Positions 1 to 10,157 of a stretch of 64,000 nucleotides of DNA are shown piece by piece (the first letter of the stretch is position 1; each line of letters begins with the position of its first letter). The DNA is from Candidatus Obscuribacterales bacterium (GTDB taxonomy: Bacteria; Cyanobacteriota; Vampirovibrionia; Obscuribacterales; Obscuribacteraceae): positions 1,952,001 through 2,016,000 of the forward strand of contig CBDDIJ010000002.1 in the NCBI GenBank assembly GCA_965228855.1, given 5' to 3'. The notes beneath the pieces were generated by a model. That model did no database searches, had not been told where the DNA came from, and saw only the letters and a list, made by a program, of their open reading frames with translations. Position numbers and translations under genes: made by a program.

Positions 1-49
1 AAGACTGGAGGTTCGGAGATATCCGGCCATGGCGCTGATTCATAGTCAG

Positions 50-1210
50 CTATTTGCCTTTTTTGCCGTCGGATGCCCAGTCCAATAGATAGCTGGGATC
101 TTCTTCAGCTGCGTCAGGCGCAGAAGATGCTGCTGGTTTGGGTTTCTTCTTCTCTTTCGGTTTTTCGGCCGGCGGTTTGGTAATGCTTGCTTTCGTCTCC
201 AAAATGAAACCGCTCGGTGGCGGCGGCATCATGCCGAAACCAGCGTTGAAGACTGGACCTGGCGGAGGTGGTGGAACGAGACCATTTTTCGATTTCTTAG
301 AAGGTGCGGCGGAGGCAACGATTTGCTGCGGCTCGACCGGTTTTGGTTTTGACACTCGAACCGTCGGTGGTTCCTTTTTCGCTGCCGCTACGACAGGTTT
401 TTCAACAGGTTTTGCTTTGGCGACCTTTGGTTTCGCCGGCACTGCAGGTGGTGCCTTTGCTTTTGGCTTTACGATCTCCTTGATTTCGATTTTTGGAGGC
501 GAGACGTTGGCGACAACCGGCTTGGGCTTTGGTTGAGCCTTGGTCTTCGGTTTTGCAAAACTGTTTCTCCAGTTGGAAATATTAGCCATAGTCGCGGCAA
601 CGGAATTATGACCCATGTTCCTCAGGTTGAAGCATTCCCAGGTGGCTGCGACGTTTGCGATCGCGCCTTCTGCCGTTCTGTGGCTGGCCTGGCTCATCAT
701 GAATTTGACCATTGCCTGTTGGGCGATTGGCGAGCCGGGGCTGATCTTCAGCGCTTCTTGAATCTGTGCAAAGGCGTCGCTTGTATTTCCGCGCATTGTC
801 AGCAAGTCTGCGTACTTCACCCGAGCCATAACCGAGTTCGGTTTTTTTGATACTGCTTTCTTCAAATAGTTTTCGGCGTTTTGAAACTGCCCGTCTTCCA
901 GCGCTATCGTTCCCACTTCGTAGCAGAGGTCGGCGACGAAAGTGGAATCTTTGCCGTACGCGGTCTCTCCGGCCTGGATTGCGCGCCTGTAAAGGTCGCT
1001 GGCACCTGGCAGGTCGCCTTCGAGATATTTCTGAAACGCCGCGAGCCTGAGTTCTCTCGGGTCGCTGTCCTGCATCGCTGAAGGGAAAGCCCCTTCCGAA
1101 AATGCGGGTGCGGCCATGGTCGAAACAAGGAGTACGGCGGCGACTAGAGCTGATTTTTTCATAGGGCTGACTAACCCTGCTCGCCGGTTGATTAGTTTCA
1201 TCTTATCCAT
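50..1210 (-). CDS. Exported TPR-repeat protein with a Pro/Lys-rich C-terminal tail
   Basis: Signal-peptide-like segment (KKSALVAAVLLVSTMAAPAFS), TPR-like helices (YEVGTIALEDGQFQNAENYLKKAV; YADLLTMRGNTSDAFAQIQEAL) and a low-complexity P/K tail. The true start may be a downstream Met. Confidence 0.7.
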   Translation of the reverse strand: MDKMKLINRRAGLVSPMKKSALVAAVLLVSTMAAPAFSEGAFPSAMQDSDPRELRLAAFQKYLEGDLPGASDLYRRAIQAGETAYGKDSTFVADLCYEVGTIALEDGQFQNAENYLKKAVSKKPNSVMARVKYADLLTMRGNTSDAFAQIQEALKISPGSPIAQQAMVKFMMSQASHRTAEGAIANVAATWECFNLRNMGHNSVAATMANISNWRNSFAKPKTKAQPKPKPVVANVSPPKIEIKEIVKPKAKAPPAVPAKPKVAKAKPVEKPVVAAAKKEPPTVRVSKPKPVEPQQIVASAAPSKKSKNGLVPPPPPGPVFNAGFGMMPPPPSGFILETKASITKPPAEKPKEKKKPKPAASSAPDAAEEDPSYLLDWASDGKKGK

Positions 1211-1505
1211 TCTACGGATCTTTGAAACAATGTACAGGGGAAAAACGATAGTTTCTCTCTTAAATGGCGGCTTTCTTGCTAGAATTCCTTCTGCTTCAGT
1301 GTGCCTTACAGCTTTCGAGGCACCGTCCAGGCAGATTCGAGTCTGCCGCTGAAGGTTCAGTCAGTTTCCGACTCTGTCGGTTTAGCCAAATTGGGAACGA
1401 GGAATTATGCGTCGCGGACGTCAAAAAGGCAAAGGTCAACATCAACGGCAGGAGCAACCTCGCATAGCTCGGGTTCACGAACCAGCTTCTTCTGCTCGGA
1501 TTTAC

Positions 1506-2309
1506 ATGAATCACGGTATCGACATCAACACCAATCTTGGTGAGGGTTTCGGTCACTATAAAGTGGACAACGAAGCGGAGATATTGCCGTACGTCACTTC
1601 CGCCAACATCGCCTGTGGCGCTCATGCCGGCGACCCCGTCCACATGGAAGAAGCGCTTGAGATGGTTCGTTATTACGGTCTGGCACTCGGAGCCCACATC
1701 GGCTATCCGGATTTACAAGGCTTCGGACGTCGCGAGCTGCATCTATCGTCGTCTGAGCTGAGAGCAAATGTTTTATTTCAGCTTGGTGCATTGAGCGGAA
1801 TGGCTCGTACATTCGGTTTCGAAATAACTCAGGTTAGACCGCACGGCTATCTCTATCGTCAGATGTCTCACGATGTGCGGGTTGCCACGATCGTCGCTAA
1901 AGCCATCGCCGAATTCGATCCGTGGCTCGTGGTAATCGGACCGGCCAGCAATCCGCTTCTGCAATCGGGCGAGAGAGCTGGAATACGAGTTGCTCCCGAA
2001 GCCTGGGTCGACAGAGTCTACGACGCCGACGGCAATCTTCTTCCACACACTCACAGCCGAGCCATTTTGAAGAACCCGAACGAGATTCTCAAACAGGCTG
2101 CCAATCTGATTTATAAAAACCAGGTTGTGGCCGTTGACGGAACGATCGTGCATCTCGATTTCCAGACGATTCACTTGCACGCGAATGTCCCGGAAAGCCA
2201 TTACATCGCCGAGGAAATCAGGCGGATGGTGCCGAACGCATGCGCACTGACTTCCGAGCCTTTCTCTGTTGAACAGGAAGACGGCGATCCGGAGTTGGCT
2301 TTCAGCTAG
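1506..2309 (+). CDS. pxpA: 5-oxoprolinase subunit A (LamB/YcsF family)
   Basis: IDINTNLGEGFG, SANIACGAHAGDP, GAHIGYPDLQGFGRR and VRPHGYLY match LamB/YcsF motifs. Start moved from 1407 to the ATG at 1506, where family similarity begins. Confidence 0.85.
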   Translation: MNHGIDINTNLGEGFGHYKVDNEAEILPYVTSANIACGAHAGDPVHMEEALEMVRYYGLALGAHIGYPDLQGFGRRELHLSSSELRANVLFQLGALSGMARTFGFEITQVRPHGYLYRQMSHDVRVATIVAKAIAEFDPWLVVIGPASNPLLQSGERAGIRVAPEAWVDRVYDADGNLLPHTHSRAILKNPNEILKQAANLIYKNQVVAVDGTIVHLDFQTIHLHANVPESHYIAEEIRRMVPNACALTSEPFSVEQEDGDPELAFS

Positions 2310-2404
2310 TTCTACCGCTGGCGTGATACCGCTGGCGGTGTCATAACGCAACGAGGACAGTTGCCTGCCCTCGTTTGAATATCATTTCGGTTTGATGGCT
2401 GCTC

Positions 2405-2950
2405 TTAAGGAATTCGCTTGGAAGCGGGCACGATTTCGTCATACCAGCTCGCATAATATTCCGGATAGTCCTCTCCCGTAGTAGACGTCACTGTCTTCTC
2501 CAGTGCGCGTCTGATCGCTCGGCGACCGCCGCTGCGATAGCGTCTCAGCCATTCGAGCTCTTTCGGGTCGATGTCCACGCCTGCTTCCAGGAGCTCCTTA
2601 ACGATGAGAATTTCGTGGACGATGGCTTCCGTTTCTTCTTCCAGGCATCGGTCTACGAATTCCTGACGACCCGTTTCGCCGGGGACCGGGTCGATTGTCG
2701 GTCGGATGACCGCGTGCACAAACTCATGCGCGATGCTGATCAGTTTGTAATTGCGCGGACACCATTTTCCGATGTATATCGTTCGCTTCTTCCTGTCGTA
2801 GTACGCGCGGCAGGGACCGTTAACCAACCTGATCTTGACCCCATCCTCGCGGATGCGGTTCAGGTCGGCAACGAGCGTCGGGCACTTGGCCGCCGTCTCG
2901 ACGAATTTCTTGCCGAATTGTCTTTTTAGTCGTTTTACTGCGTCACTCAT
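2405..2950 (-). CDS. Small putative zinc metallopeptidase (HExxH)
   Basis: AYYDRKKRTIYIG strand, then IAHEFVH and a downstream EETEA helix that could supply the third ligand. Confidence 0.6.
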   Translation of the reverse strand: MSDAVKRLKRQFGKKFVETAAKCPTLVADLNRIREDGVKIRLVNGPCRAYYDRKKRTIYIGKWCPRNYKLISIAHEFVHAVIRPTIDPVPGETGRQEFVDRCLEEETEAIVHEILIVKELLEAGVDIDPKELEWLRRYRSGGRRAIRRALEKTVTSTTGEDYPEYYASWYDEIVPASKRIP

Positions 2951-3252
2951 ATTTAATGTTAAATTCCTCGCTCTTCTGGCGGGGTTAAATTAATTCTATC
3001 CTATTTTGGGGCGCTTAGGAAGTGCTCTAAATGGTTGGTTGGCGGGACCTCTGAGCTCCTGCCAAGTGATAATAGCCGTTTTGGAGAACTTAAAATATTT
3101 CTCATATCAAACATTGACAGCCCGTTTGCCCTTTCAGCCTTACGTTTCCAGCGCTTAGAAAGGTCGTGAAGATTCGACTACTCGCCGTTTCGCTTTGAAA
3201 CGCCTAATTTCTCTTAGCGCGAAAACAGCTTTCTATTGTTGGACAAGAACTG

Positions 3253-3278
3253 CGGGAAATCCTTGTAAGGGATTCCCG
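3253..3278. promoter_or_regulatory. Near-perfect palindrome, candidate operator
   Basis: CGGGAAATCCTT-GT-AAGGGATTCCCG in the divergent intergenic region upstream of a LuxR-type regulator. Confidence 0.35.
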
Positions 3279-3379
3279 TGCCGACATAGGGTTTGCCCGT
3301 ATGTCATCATAGTAAAGGTGTCACTGGCGCGGAAATTTCTCCCATCTTTGACGCTTGGAATCTCCTAAGGAATCTCGAT

Positions 3380-4663
3380 ATGTTCTCCTCAAGTAATGAC
3401 AGACCCTACAACGACCAAATGGATGAGCTTGTCCTGACAGAACTTCAATTGCCACTATTAGTCGTTGACGGTCGAACCGGAATCGTTGTGAGAGCGAATG
3501 ATGTCGCCCATCGCACTTTTTCAATCGAACGTCAGGGATGGCAGCCGCGTCCTCTGGATGAACTCGTCCCCTTCCATGCGGAGTTGAATGCACTCATTTC
3601 CGGCATGAGCGACGGCAGAGGTCGGCGGCCGTATGGCGCCTGCCAGCTCCAGTACAACGGCAGCGCATGCCAGGCGGTAGCGTCAAGGCTGGAAGAGTCC
3701 GGGGAGCAGATCTGTATTCTGTTTTTTCCGCAAACTGATGGCATGGGCGAAATTTCGAAGAGTCTGGCCGGATTGACTGGCAGTCAGCATGACGGTGGCG
3801 CAAACACCGTGGAAGCGTTGAATAAACAGCTGCACTTCGAGCGGATGGTGCGCCAGATCATGACGAAGGTCTACAGCTCGCTGGATAAAGACGCCATACT
3901 TCAAGCGCTGGTCGATAATCTGGGGCGAGCCCTGAAATGCCAGCGCTGTCTAGTAATCGTAGAGAACGCCCAGGCACTGCCGGTGGTGACACATGAGTAT
4001 GCTGAAGCAGACATCTCTCCTCTGGGTCTCGGGCGAACTGCCAAGTTCCCCGTGAGCGTGTTTGAGCGACTGCTTGAGGGCGTAGTTGCCGTGCCTGACG
4101 TCACGAATTTACGAACCGTCAAGGGTGTGATGCTGGAAGACGTGAATGATCTTCTGGACAACAGCGTTAGTAGCATGGCTGGAGTACCCATGGTTCATCG
4201 TGGTGTTATCCACGGTGTCATTGTCGCGCTGCAGCTCGGGCACATCCGAAAGTGGGAGGTGCAAGACCTGGACTTTCTGCAAATATGCGCGCATCATGCG
4301 GCCATCTCGCTTGAGCATTGTCAGAACTTGCAGCGCGTAAAAGACCAGCTGTTCAACGTCAACGTCTGGAGCAATTTGACTCAACAACTCACCTCCACGC
4401 TCGAGCTGGCTTCTCGCACTCCTCAGCGCGTTGCGGAAAAACCGTCGAGGACCGAGACTGGAGGCGAATTACCGGCGCTATCTTCTCGTGAGCTGGAGGT
4501 TCTGAAATTAATTGCCAGCGGTTTGGCTAATAAAGAGATTGCCAACCAATTATTTCTGACCGAATCCACAGTCGAACTGCATGCTTCCAGAATCCGGAAG
4601 AAGCTGAAATTGCGCAGCCGCACCGCACTTGTCAAATACGCCTGTGACCACGGCATAGTTTGA
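3380..4663 (+). CDS. PAS-like/GAF domain LuxR-family transcriptional regulator
   Basis: GAF features (SSLDKDAILQALVDNLGRALKCQRC; RKWEVQDLDFL) and a C-terminal LuxR HTH (LSSRELEVLKLIASGLANKEIANQLFLTESTVELH). ATG 3380 has TAAGGA upstream; the ORF track starts at 3293. Confidence 0.85.
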   Translation: MFSSSNDRPYNDQMDELVLTELQLPLLVVDGRTGIVVRANDVAHRTFSIERQGWQPRPLDELVPFHAELNALISGMSDGRGRRPYGACQLQYNGSACQAVASRLEESGEQICILFFPQTDGMGEISKSLAGLTGSQHDGGANTVEALNKQLHFERMVRQIMTKVYSSLDKDAILQALVDNLGRALKCQRCLVIVENAQALPVVTHEYAEADISPLGLGRTAKFPVSVFERLLEGVVAVPDVTNLRTVKGVMLEDVNDLLDNSVSSMAGVPMVHRGVIHGVIVALQLGHIRKWEVQDLDFLQICAHHAAISLEHCQNLQRVKDQLFNVNVWSNLTQQLTSTLELASRTPQRVAEKPSRTETGGELPALSSRELEVLKLIASGLANKEIANQLFLTESTVELHASRIRKKLKLRSRTALVKYACDHGIV

Positions 4664-4703
4664 GCGCGATTGGTTAGTTGTGAAACCGCTGCTGGTTTGC
4701 AAT

Positions 4704-6032
4704 CTATAGCCTTGCGCGCGTTTTGATCTCCAGATACTTATCAACGATTTTGTCTGACAGCTCTTGAGGCGGGCAGTCGAGAATCAGGCATCCTCTGCGT
4801 TGCAAAACAGTCAAGGCCAGTTCGCGTTGCTCGAGCAGATCGGTCGCGACGGCGCGTCGATAAAGAGTGTTCATCACCGCTTCATTTGGTTCCGCTGAGG
4901 AGAAGGGCTGCTGTCGAGCGGCGTCGGTAATTTGTCTGTCTTTCAACGTTACGCAAAAGGGCAGGTGACGGCCGGAGAGTCCAGCGAGCGCCGCCAACAG
5001 TGCTTGTGAGCCTGTCGGGTCTGTAAGGTCAGTCAACAGGCATATTAAAGACCGTCCCTTTTGATTAGCAGCGAAATAGCTGAGCATTCCAACGTAATCA
5101 GGCTCCGTCATGCGTGGTTCAAGACTGAACGTATTCTCCAGAATGTTTTTCATATACGCTTTGCCTCGACGAGGAGGCAGGTACATCAGCGGTTTGTCTG
5201 CGAAGGCGCCAATGCCAACCTGATCGTTGTGACTCAACCCTGTCAGCGCTAAACAAAGCGCTGCGTTTAACGCGTGATCGAATCGGCTTAAGCCCTCCAG
5301 GTCGGAGACCATCATTCGCCCTGCGTCGAGAAGGATTAAGAGTCTCTGCTCTTGCTCGGCTTCGTAGGTGCGGAGTACGGGACGGTCTCTTCTTGCGGTG
5401 GCTTTCCAGTCAATCGCTTTGGTGTCATCGCCACTCGTATATTCTCTCAATGATGCGAAATCGGTTCCCTGACCTCGTTTGCGCTGGTGCAATTCTCCGA
5501 GTTCGGTGGACTGCGCCAGTTTTATCGAGAGATCGTAAAGCGCTTTGAGGTCGGAATAGACCTTAATCTGTTCGGTCTGTTTGTGAATCGCTTGGCGCCA
5601 AAACAATCCAAGTCGGCTCCGGTAGCGGATCGTCACGTTGCCGAAGTTGTAAGCGCCGCGGCGCTTTGGAGTCAATTTATATTCAAGTGTGCTTGAACCT
5701 TTTGAAGGTAAGTTGAATTCAAACAGCTCAGTGTCGCTTTCAATCTCCTGCGGAAAGTCGTCTTTGAGGCGAACGTGCAGATTGGCGGCACCGCTATTGG
5801 TGACAGTTATGATGACTGGATTTGAACGCCCGATCGACAGGCGGTCGGCTACGCTGCGACTCATTTCAAGAAAATTCGGTCGTTGAGTTATTTGATAGTC
5901 GATGATCAGGAGGACAAGAAGACCGACATTGTAAGCCGTTGCGACTGTAGCCAGCGCCGGGTGAAGCCCGGACAGGGCGTATGGTATTACGGCTAGTGCC
6001 AATAGAAAGTAGAGTTTCTTTGAGCCGGTCAT
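4704..6032 (-). CDS. DUF58 domain (vWA-like) protein
   Basis: GQGTDFASLREYTSGDDTKAIDWKATAR motif, LLDAGRMM, N-terminal TM segments; lies downstream of MoxR. Confidence 0.9.
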   Translation of the reverse strand: MTGSKKLYFLLALAVIPYALSGLHPALATVATAYNVGLLVLLIIDYQITQRPNFLEMSRSVADRLSIGRSNPVIITVTNSGAANLHVRLKDDFPQEIESDTELFEFNLPSKGSSTLEYKLTPKRRGAYNFGNVTIRYRSRLGLFWRQAIHKQTEQIKVYSDLKALYDLSIKLAQSTELGELHQRKRGQGTDFASLREYTSGDDTKAIDWKATARRDRPVLRTYEAEQEQRLLILLDAGRMMVSDLEGLSRFDHALNAALCLALTGLSHNDQVGIGAFADKPLMYLPPRRGKAYMKNILENTFSLEPRMTEPDYVGMLSYFAANQKGRSLICLLTDLTDPTGSQALLAALAGLSGRHLPFCVTLKDRQITDAARQQPFSSAEPNEAVMNTLYRRAVATDLLEQRELALTVLQRRGCLILDCPPQELSDKIVDKYLEIKTRARL

Positions 6033-6039
6033 CTTTCTA

Positions 6040-7017
6040 TTAGCGAGGGACTGGAACTTGTCGCATCAGGTTATTGATGATCTGGGTTATGGTGACGCCG
6101 TCGAGCTCTGCTTCCGGGGTGAGAATGAACCGGTGCCTTAGCACTGGCTCTGCTACGAACTTGATGTTGTCCGGAGTGACGAAATCCTTGCCCTCGATGG
6201 CGGCGTGCGCCTTGGCTGCGGAGAGCCACGAGAGTGCAGCTCGGGGGCTGGCGCCCAGCTGCAGATCCGAGAGCGATCGCGACTTCGTTACTAGATTAGA
6301 TAAGTAGTCGATCACTGAGTCTTCGACTTTGATATTCGAAAGCTGCTTGCGGCAATCAATTATGTCTTGCGCGCTGGTGACGGGATCCGCCATCGGAGTG
6401 TGGCGATCATACTTTCCATTCTGCCAATTTCGCAACATCTGCTTTTCCGCGTCGCCTTGCGGATAACTGATTAGAATCTTGAGCATAAATCTGTCGAGCT
6501 GCGCTTCTGGTAAGGGATACGTTCCTTCGAATTCGATCGGATTCTGGGTCGCTATCACCATGAACAACTCCGGCAGAATTTCAGTTCTGCCTTCGAGACT
6601 GACCTGGCGTTCTTCCATAGCTTCCAGAAGTGCCGACTGTGTCTTAGGTGGCGTGCGATTGATTTCATCTGCCAGTAGCAGGCTCGTGAAAATCGGCCCG
6701 CGTTTCAACGCAAATGTTTTAGTAGTCAGGTCGTAAATGCTTGTGCCGAGAATGTCTGAGGGCAACATATCCGGCGTCAATTGGATTCGCCCGTACTCCG
6801 TTCCGAGAAAACGCGCCATGGTTTTAACCATCAAGGTTTTCGCGGTGCCGGGAACGCCCTCTAGAAGCACATGCCCATCGGCGAGTAGAGCGATGAGAAT
6901 CTGATCGATAACGAGCGGCTGTCCGACGATGACTTCGTTCAATCTGTTGCGTAAGCGCCCGAAGACATCGTTGATTTTGTCAACGACCACTGTCTCAGTT
7001 TTCACTTGTTCTTGCAT
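6040..7017 (-). CDS. moxR: MoxR-family AAA+ ATPase
   Basis: GHVLLEGVPGTAKT, RIQLTPDMLPSDILG, LLADEINRTPPKTQSALLEAMEE, ATQNPIEFEGTYPLPEAQLDRF. Confidence 0.95.
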   Translation of the reverse strand: MQEQVKTETVVVDKINDVFGRLRNRLNEVIVGQPLVIDQILIALLADGHVLLEGVPGTAKTLMVKTMARFLGTEYGRIQLTPDMLPSDILGTSIYDLTTKTFALKRGPIFTSLLLADEINRTPPKTQSALLEAMEERQVSLEGRTEILPELFMVIATQNPIEFEGTYPLPEAQLDRFMLKILISYPQGDAEKQMLRNWQNGKYDRHTPMADPVTSAQDIIDCRKQLSNIKVEDSVIDYLSNLVTKSRSLSDLQLGASPRAALSWLSAAKAHAAIEGKDFVTPDNIKFVAEPVLRHRFILTPEAELDGVTITQIINNLMRQVPVPR

Positions 7018-7029
7018 AATGTCTCCAGG

Positions 7030-8328
7030 TCAGGATTTCGAGCTTGTCAGCACTCTTGTAGTTGACGGCTCCGGCGAAGTTTCAGAGGTGATCTTATCGC
7101 AGGTTTCTACCATGTTTTTCAGTTCCGAGTCTGTAACGTGCCGCCGCGTCATAAACTCTTCGTACTGTGCGAGCAGGGATTCCAAATTGTGAGTTGACTG
7201 ATATTTAGACTGTTGCCAGGCTTCATTCAATCGCTCCGTGGGTTCATGCGGGGAAACCGCCAGAGCCCTGGAAAGTTTATTCTTGAATGCATGAAAGAGA
7301 ATTTCTAACACTGCGGTGTTAGCCCTGGCACGCCTGTAGGCATGTGATAGACCGCTTATAAACTCCAGATTGGAGATTTTTCTGCGCACCTCATTGCCTC
7401 TTGCTGCGCCGAATCTCTGACTTTCGCTAATCACTCCGACGACGAGAATGAGTGCAATCTGCGCAGCGACTGCTCCTACAGGTGTATTGGCGATATACGC
7501 GAAGACATTCGTTCCACCGGAGAAGCCGTGGCCGTATTCGTCAAAATAGATGGTACCAGGGGTGGTTCTACAGAAATTGGCAAACAGTTGGAAGTTTCCC
7601 CAGAATTCTTTTTTCGCGATCGTGTTATTTGCAAGAAAACTGGGGCAGGTTCCGAAAAGCACACGCCCCTTACCAAACTTCTTAATGGTGAAGTATGCGC
7701 CCCGGTCGTCTTTGGCGATTGGAGTTCCACCGTCGACCCTGGTCGTCGATTGCAGCCTCAAAGTTTTGACGTTTTCCAGCTCCGGCACCGCACCTGAAGG
7801 AACTATGTCGACTTCCTCAGCTTTCTTTCCGGCTGGTCCTGCCGCTTTGGTTTGAATTCCTAACTTGGTAGCGACACTGTTGGATAGCTCGAACGTCATG
7901 TCGTCGGTGTAGATCAAATCGTTGCCCTCGCTGACCCAGGAGAGGATTTGTTCAGTTTGAAAAGGCTGCAGCGACTCAGTTGGAGAGATCAATACCAGTG
8001 TGCCGCGTTCCCCTTTAAGCTCACGATAGGGATGATCCCACGCCTCGACAGTCAAGCCGACGGATTTGGCCAGTTGGGCAGCCGCTTTCAGACCGGTAGC
8101 TCTCTTGTTGTGCATAGACGCCATCTGGCGGCCTTCCGGAACCACCTTTTTCCACTCTTCGTCGAATGCACTGCCGGTAAAAACGGCGAGGGTACTCACC
8201 GCTAGAAGCGCCGCGATCTGCCACCACATGCGGTTTGTCTTGCCATTGCTTGCGCTGCTAAGTTCGGCGTGGTCATCCGGTGTTGACGCCGCGATTGGAA
8301 AACTCTCCTTGTCGTTTTCCTCGCTCAT
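7030..8328 (-). CDS. DUF4350-like membrane-anchored protein
   Basis: N-terminal TM, FLANNTI...N, IYFDEYGHG and second TM followed by QRFGAA. Typical member of MoxR/DUF58 operons. The ATG at 8328 overlaps the upstream stop (ATGA). Confidence 0.7.
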   Translation of the reverse strand: MSEENDKESFPIAASTPDDHAELSSASNGKTNRMWWQIAALLAVSTLAVFTGSAFDEEWKKVVPEGRQMASMHNKRATGLKAAAQLAKSVGLTVEAWDHPYRELKGERGTLVLISPTESLQPFQTEQILSWVSEGNDLIYTDDMTFELSNSVATKLGIQTKAAGPAGKKAEEVDIVPSGAVPELENVKTLRLQSTTRVDGGTPIAKDDRGAYFTIKKFGKGRVLFGTCPSFLANNTIAKKEFWGNFQLFANFCRTTPGTIYFDEYGHGFSGGTNVFAYIANTPVGAVAAQIALILVVGVISESQRFGAARGNEVRRKISNLEFISGLSHAYRRARANTAVLEILFHAFKNKLSRALAVSPHEPTERLNEAWQQSKYQSTHNLESLLAQYEEFMTRRHVTDSELKNMVETCDKITSETSPEPSTTRVLTSSKS

Positions 8329-8990
8329 GGAGTGACCTCCGCTTTTTCCGCGTAGTAACGGATATCCTGGGAGAGGCTTGTGGAAAGCTGAACACAGCTG
8401 TCGTATTCTTCTTGACCTGCCTGCAAATTTCCGAACCACGATTCTTCGACGATATCGGCAAGTTTTCGGAAGCCGCTTTGTAAGTCGCTCTTGCCGTGCA
8501 AGGCGTAGAAGTATTCGTAGTTCGACCTGGTCGGTGTGAATGCCAGAATCTTCTGCTCATCCAGCGAATAAATAACGCTCAGATAGACTGCCCGGCAAGC
8601 GTCTTTGAAAAGGCGCTCACGCGCGAGTTCTTCGCTCTTTTGCATCCACCCTGCGCTATCCAAAATTTCTTCAAGTGAGAGAGCTCCGCGTTTTGCGAGT
8701 TCGGCTTGCTTGCGTAACTGTTTCATCCTGGTCGACATGAGATAGAGAACCACGCCCAGGCAGATGACGCCAACAATGACGATCAGCACTTGCATAACAT
8801 TGCCGACCGCGCTTGTATCGGCCATGCCCGGCAACGAAATCTTGAATTGTTTTAGAAAGTCCGCAACCGCTCGAAGAACGTAGCTCACAAGCTCTTGCAA
8901 ACGAATGAGAAAATCCGGCGGATCCTTATATTGGAATTCGCTCGACAGTTTTTCAAGCTGAGGTGAAACGTCCTGAAATTCCATCGTCAC
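8325..8990 (-). CDS. DUF4129-like membrane protein
   Basis: Single TM, then FKDACRAVYL...TRSNYEY...EESWFG, plus operon context. Confidence 0.75.
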   Translation of the reverse strand: MTMEFQDVSPQLEKLSSEFQYKDPPDFLIRLQELVSYVLRAVADFLKQFKISLPGMADTSAVGNVMQVLIVIVGVICLGVVLYLMSTRMKQLRKQAELAKRGALSLEEILDSAGWMQKSEELARERLFKDACRAVYLSVIYSLDEQKILAFTPTRSNYEYFYALHGKSDLQSGFRKLADIVEESWFGNLQAGQEEYDSCVQLSTSLSQDIRYYAEKAEVTP

Positions 8991-9967
8991 TCCAGAAGCG
9001 CGCGTTGTTTAAGTTTAATGGTTTCCAGAGATTCGAGCACGTCAATGCCTTCGTATCGCAGTCTTAAATCGTAATAGTAAAAGCCATAAGCGAGCAGAAG
9101 AATTGGCTGGGTGATCATTTCGATCAGCGTTTCCCAGGCGACGACCGTGACCTGCCAGTGCAGCGGTAATCCTTGAACCATGCCGGCTCCTCTAACTGCG
9201 TCCAGCGAGCCCAGGATGGAAATCGGCAACCAGAGGGGCGTGGCGAGCAGGTTGACGGTTATCGCTGCAATCAGACCACACCACATCGTGCGCCAGAAGC
9301 TTTTACTCGAGAGCGTAAACCCCCTCGACAACAGTGTTGTCACTCCACTGTCCTCGCATGCCAGAGCTACTATGGAAAGGAAAAACGCAAAGATCATAAA
9401 TGCGAATGAGACGACAAGACCCAGAAAGCCGAAGACCATCGCGAAAATCGCAGGCGCCAGGGCAATTTTCAGAAGAACAGCTGCGGCTATGATTTCGAGC
9501 AACCAGAGAACTGAAACTGCCGAGAATATTGTCAGGCAAAGGATTGCTATACCGGCTAGCGTCCATTTGCGGCGCCGCATGTATGACATGGCATCATCCA
9601 GAGTGCCGGCAAATCGGTTGGAAAAGCGAACGAACGCGAGCAGTTTTAAACATAGCCACCATTTGCCGAGCATAACGATGCCCAGTCCGGAAATCAGGAA
9701 GCCAAGCGATGGCAGGTGGCTCTGATTTTGCTGAAAAGAGAAAGCTGAGGTCTGGTAAATTACGCGTCCCACCAGAACCGTGATCGTCGGCAAGAGAAGG
9801 AGCGGCGCCCACTGTCTGATGCTGGCTCGATAAACGCGCACAGCTCGACCTACAAGGTCGCCAATTGTCTGCGGATTTAAATTCTGTTCGTCAGGCAAGG
9901 CTTCTTCTCCGATGCCAATTTTAGCGCTTTCACGCCCAAATGAACCGGATCGTGCGACTCGGTGCAC
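8987..9967 (-). CDS. Multi-pass membrane protein typical of MoxR/DUF58 operons
   Basis: PQTIGDLVGRAVRVYR, several TM helices, SFWRT and C-terminal YYDLRLRYEGID. Start uncertain. Confidence 0.7.
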   Translation of the reverse strand: MHRVARSGSFGRESAKIGIGEEALPDEQNLNPQTIGDLVGRAVRVYRASIRQWAPLLLLPTITVLVGRVIYQTSAFSFQQNQSHLPSLGFLISGLGIVMLGKWWLCLKLLAFVRFSNRFAGTLDDAMSYMRRRKWTLAGIAILCLTIFSAVSVLWLLEIIAAAVLLKIALAPAIFAMVFGFLGLVVSFAFMIFAFFLSIVALACEDSGVTTLLSRGFTLSSKSFWRTMWCGLIAAITVNLLATPLWLPISILGSLDAVRGAGMVQGLPLHWQVTVVAWETLIEMITQPILLLAYGFYYYDLRLRYEGIDVLESLETIKLKQRALLE

Positions 9968-10157
9968 GCGCTGCTGAGCCTTGGCGGAAGAATCTGCTGA
10001 GCGCTGACCGGTAATTTCCGTTAGTCTGATATTGTCAAAGGGCGCGGTTCCGAAAGCTCGCGGTGCTCAGCATCTTGACTTGTTTTGATAACGAAACTTG
10101 CTCTCTTGTTATTGGGGATAGCCGCATTGGTATGAAAATGAGAGATACTAAAGGCTA

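Noticed and set aside
1407..1505. N-terminal extension of PxpA
   Set aside because: Family similarity starts at the Met at 1506; the upstream codons look like an incidental open frame.
2313..2343. TACCGCTGGCG direct repeat and palindrome resembling a lambda-type operator
   Set aside because: It lies between convergent genes with no phage context; more likely a 3' hairpin or chance.
4704..9967. MoxR/DUF58/DUF4350/DUF4129 operon as a novel system
   Set aside because: This is a widespread, already recognised gene cluster and nothing here looks unusual.
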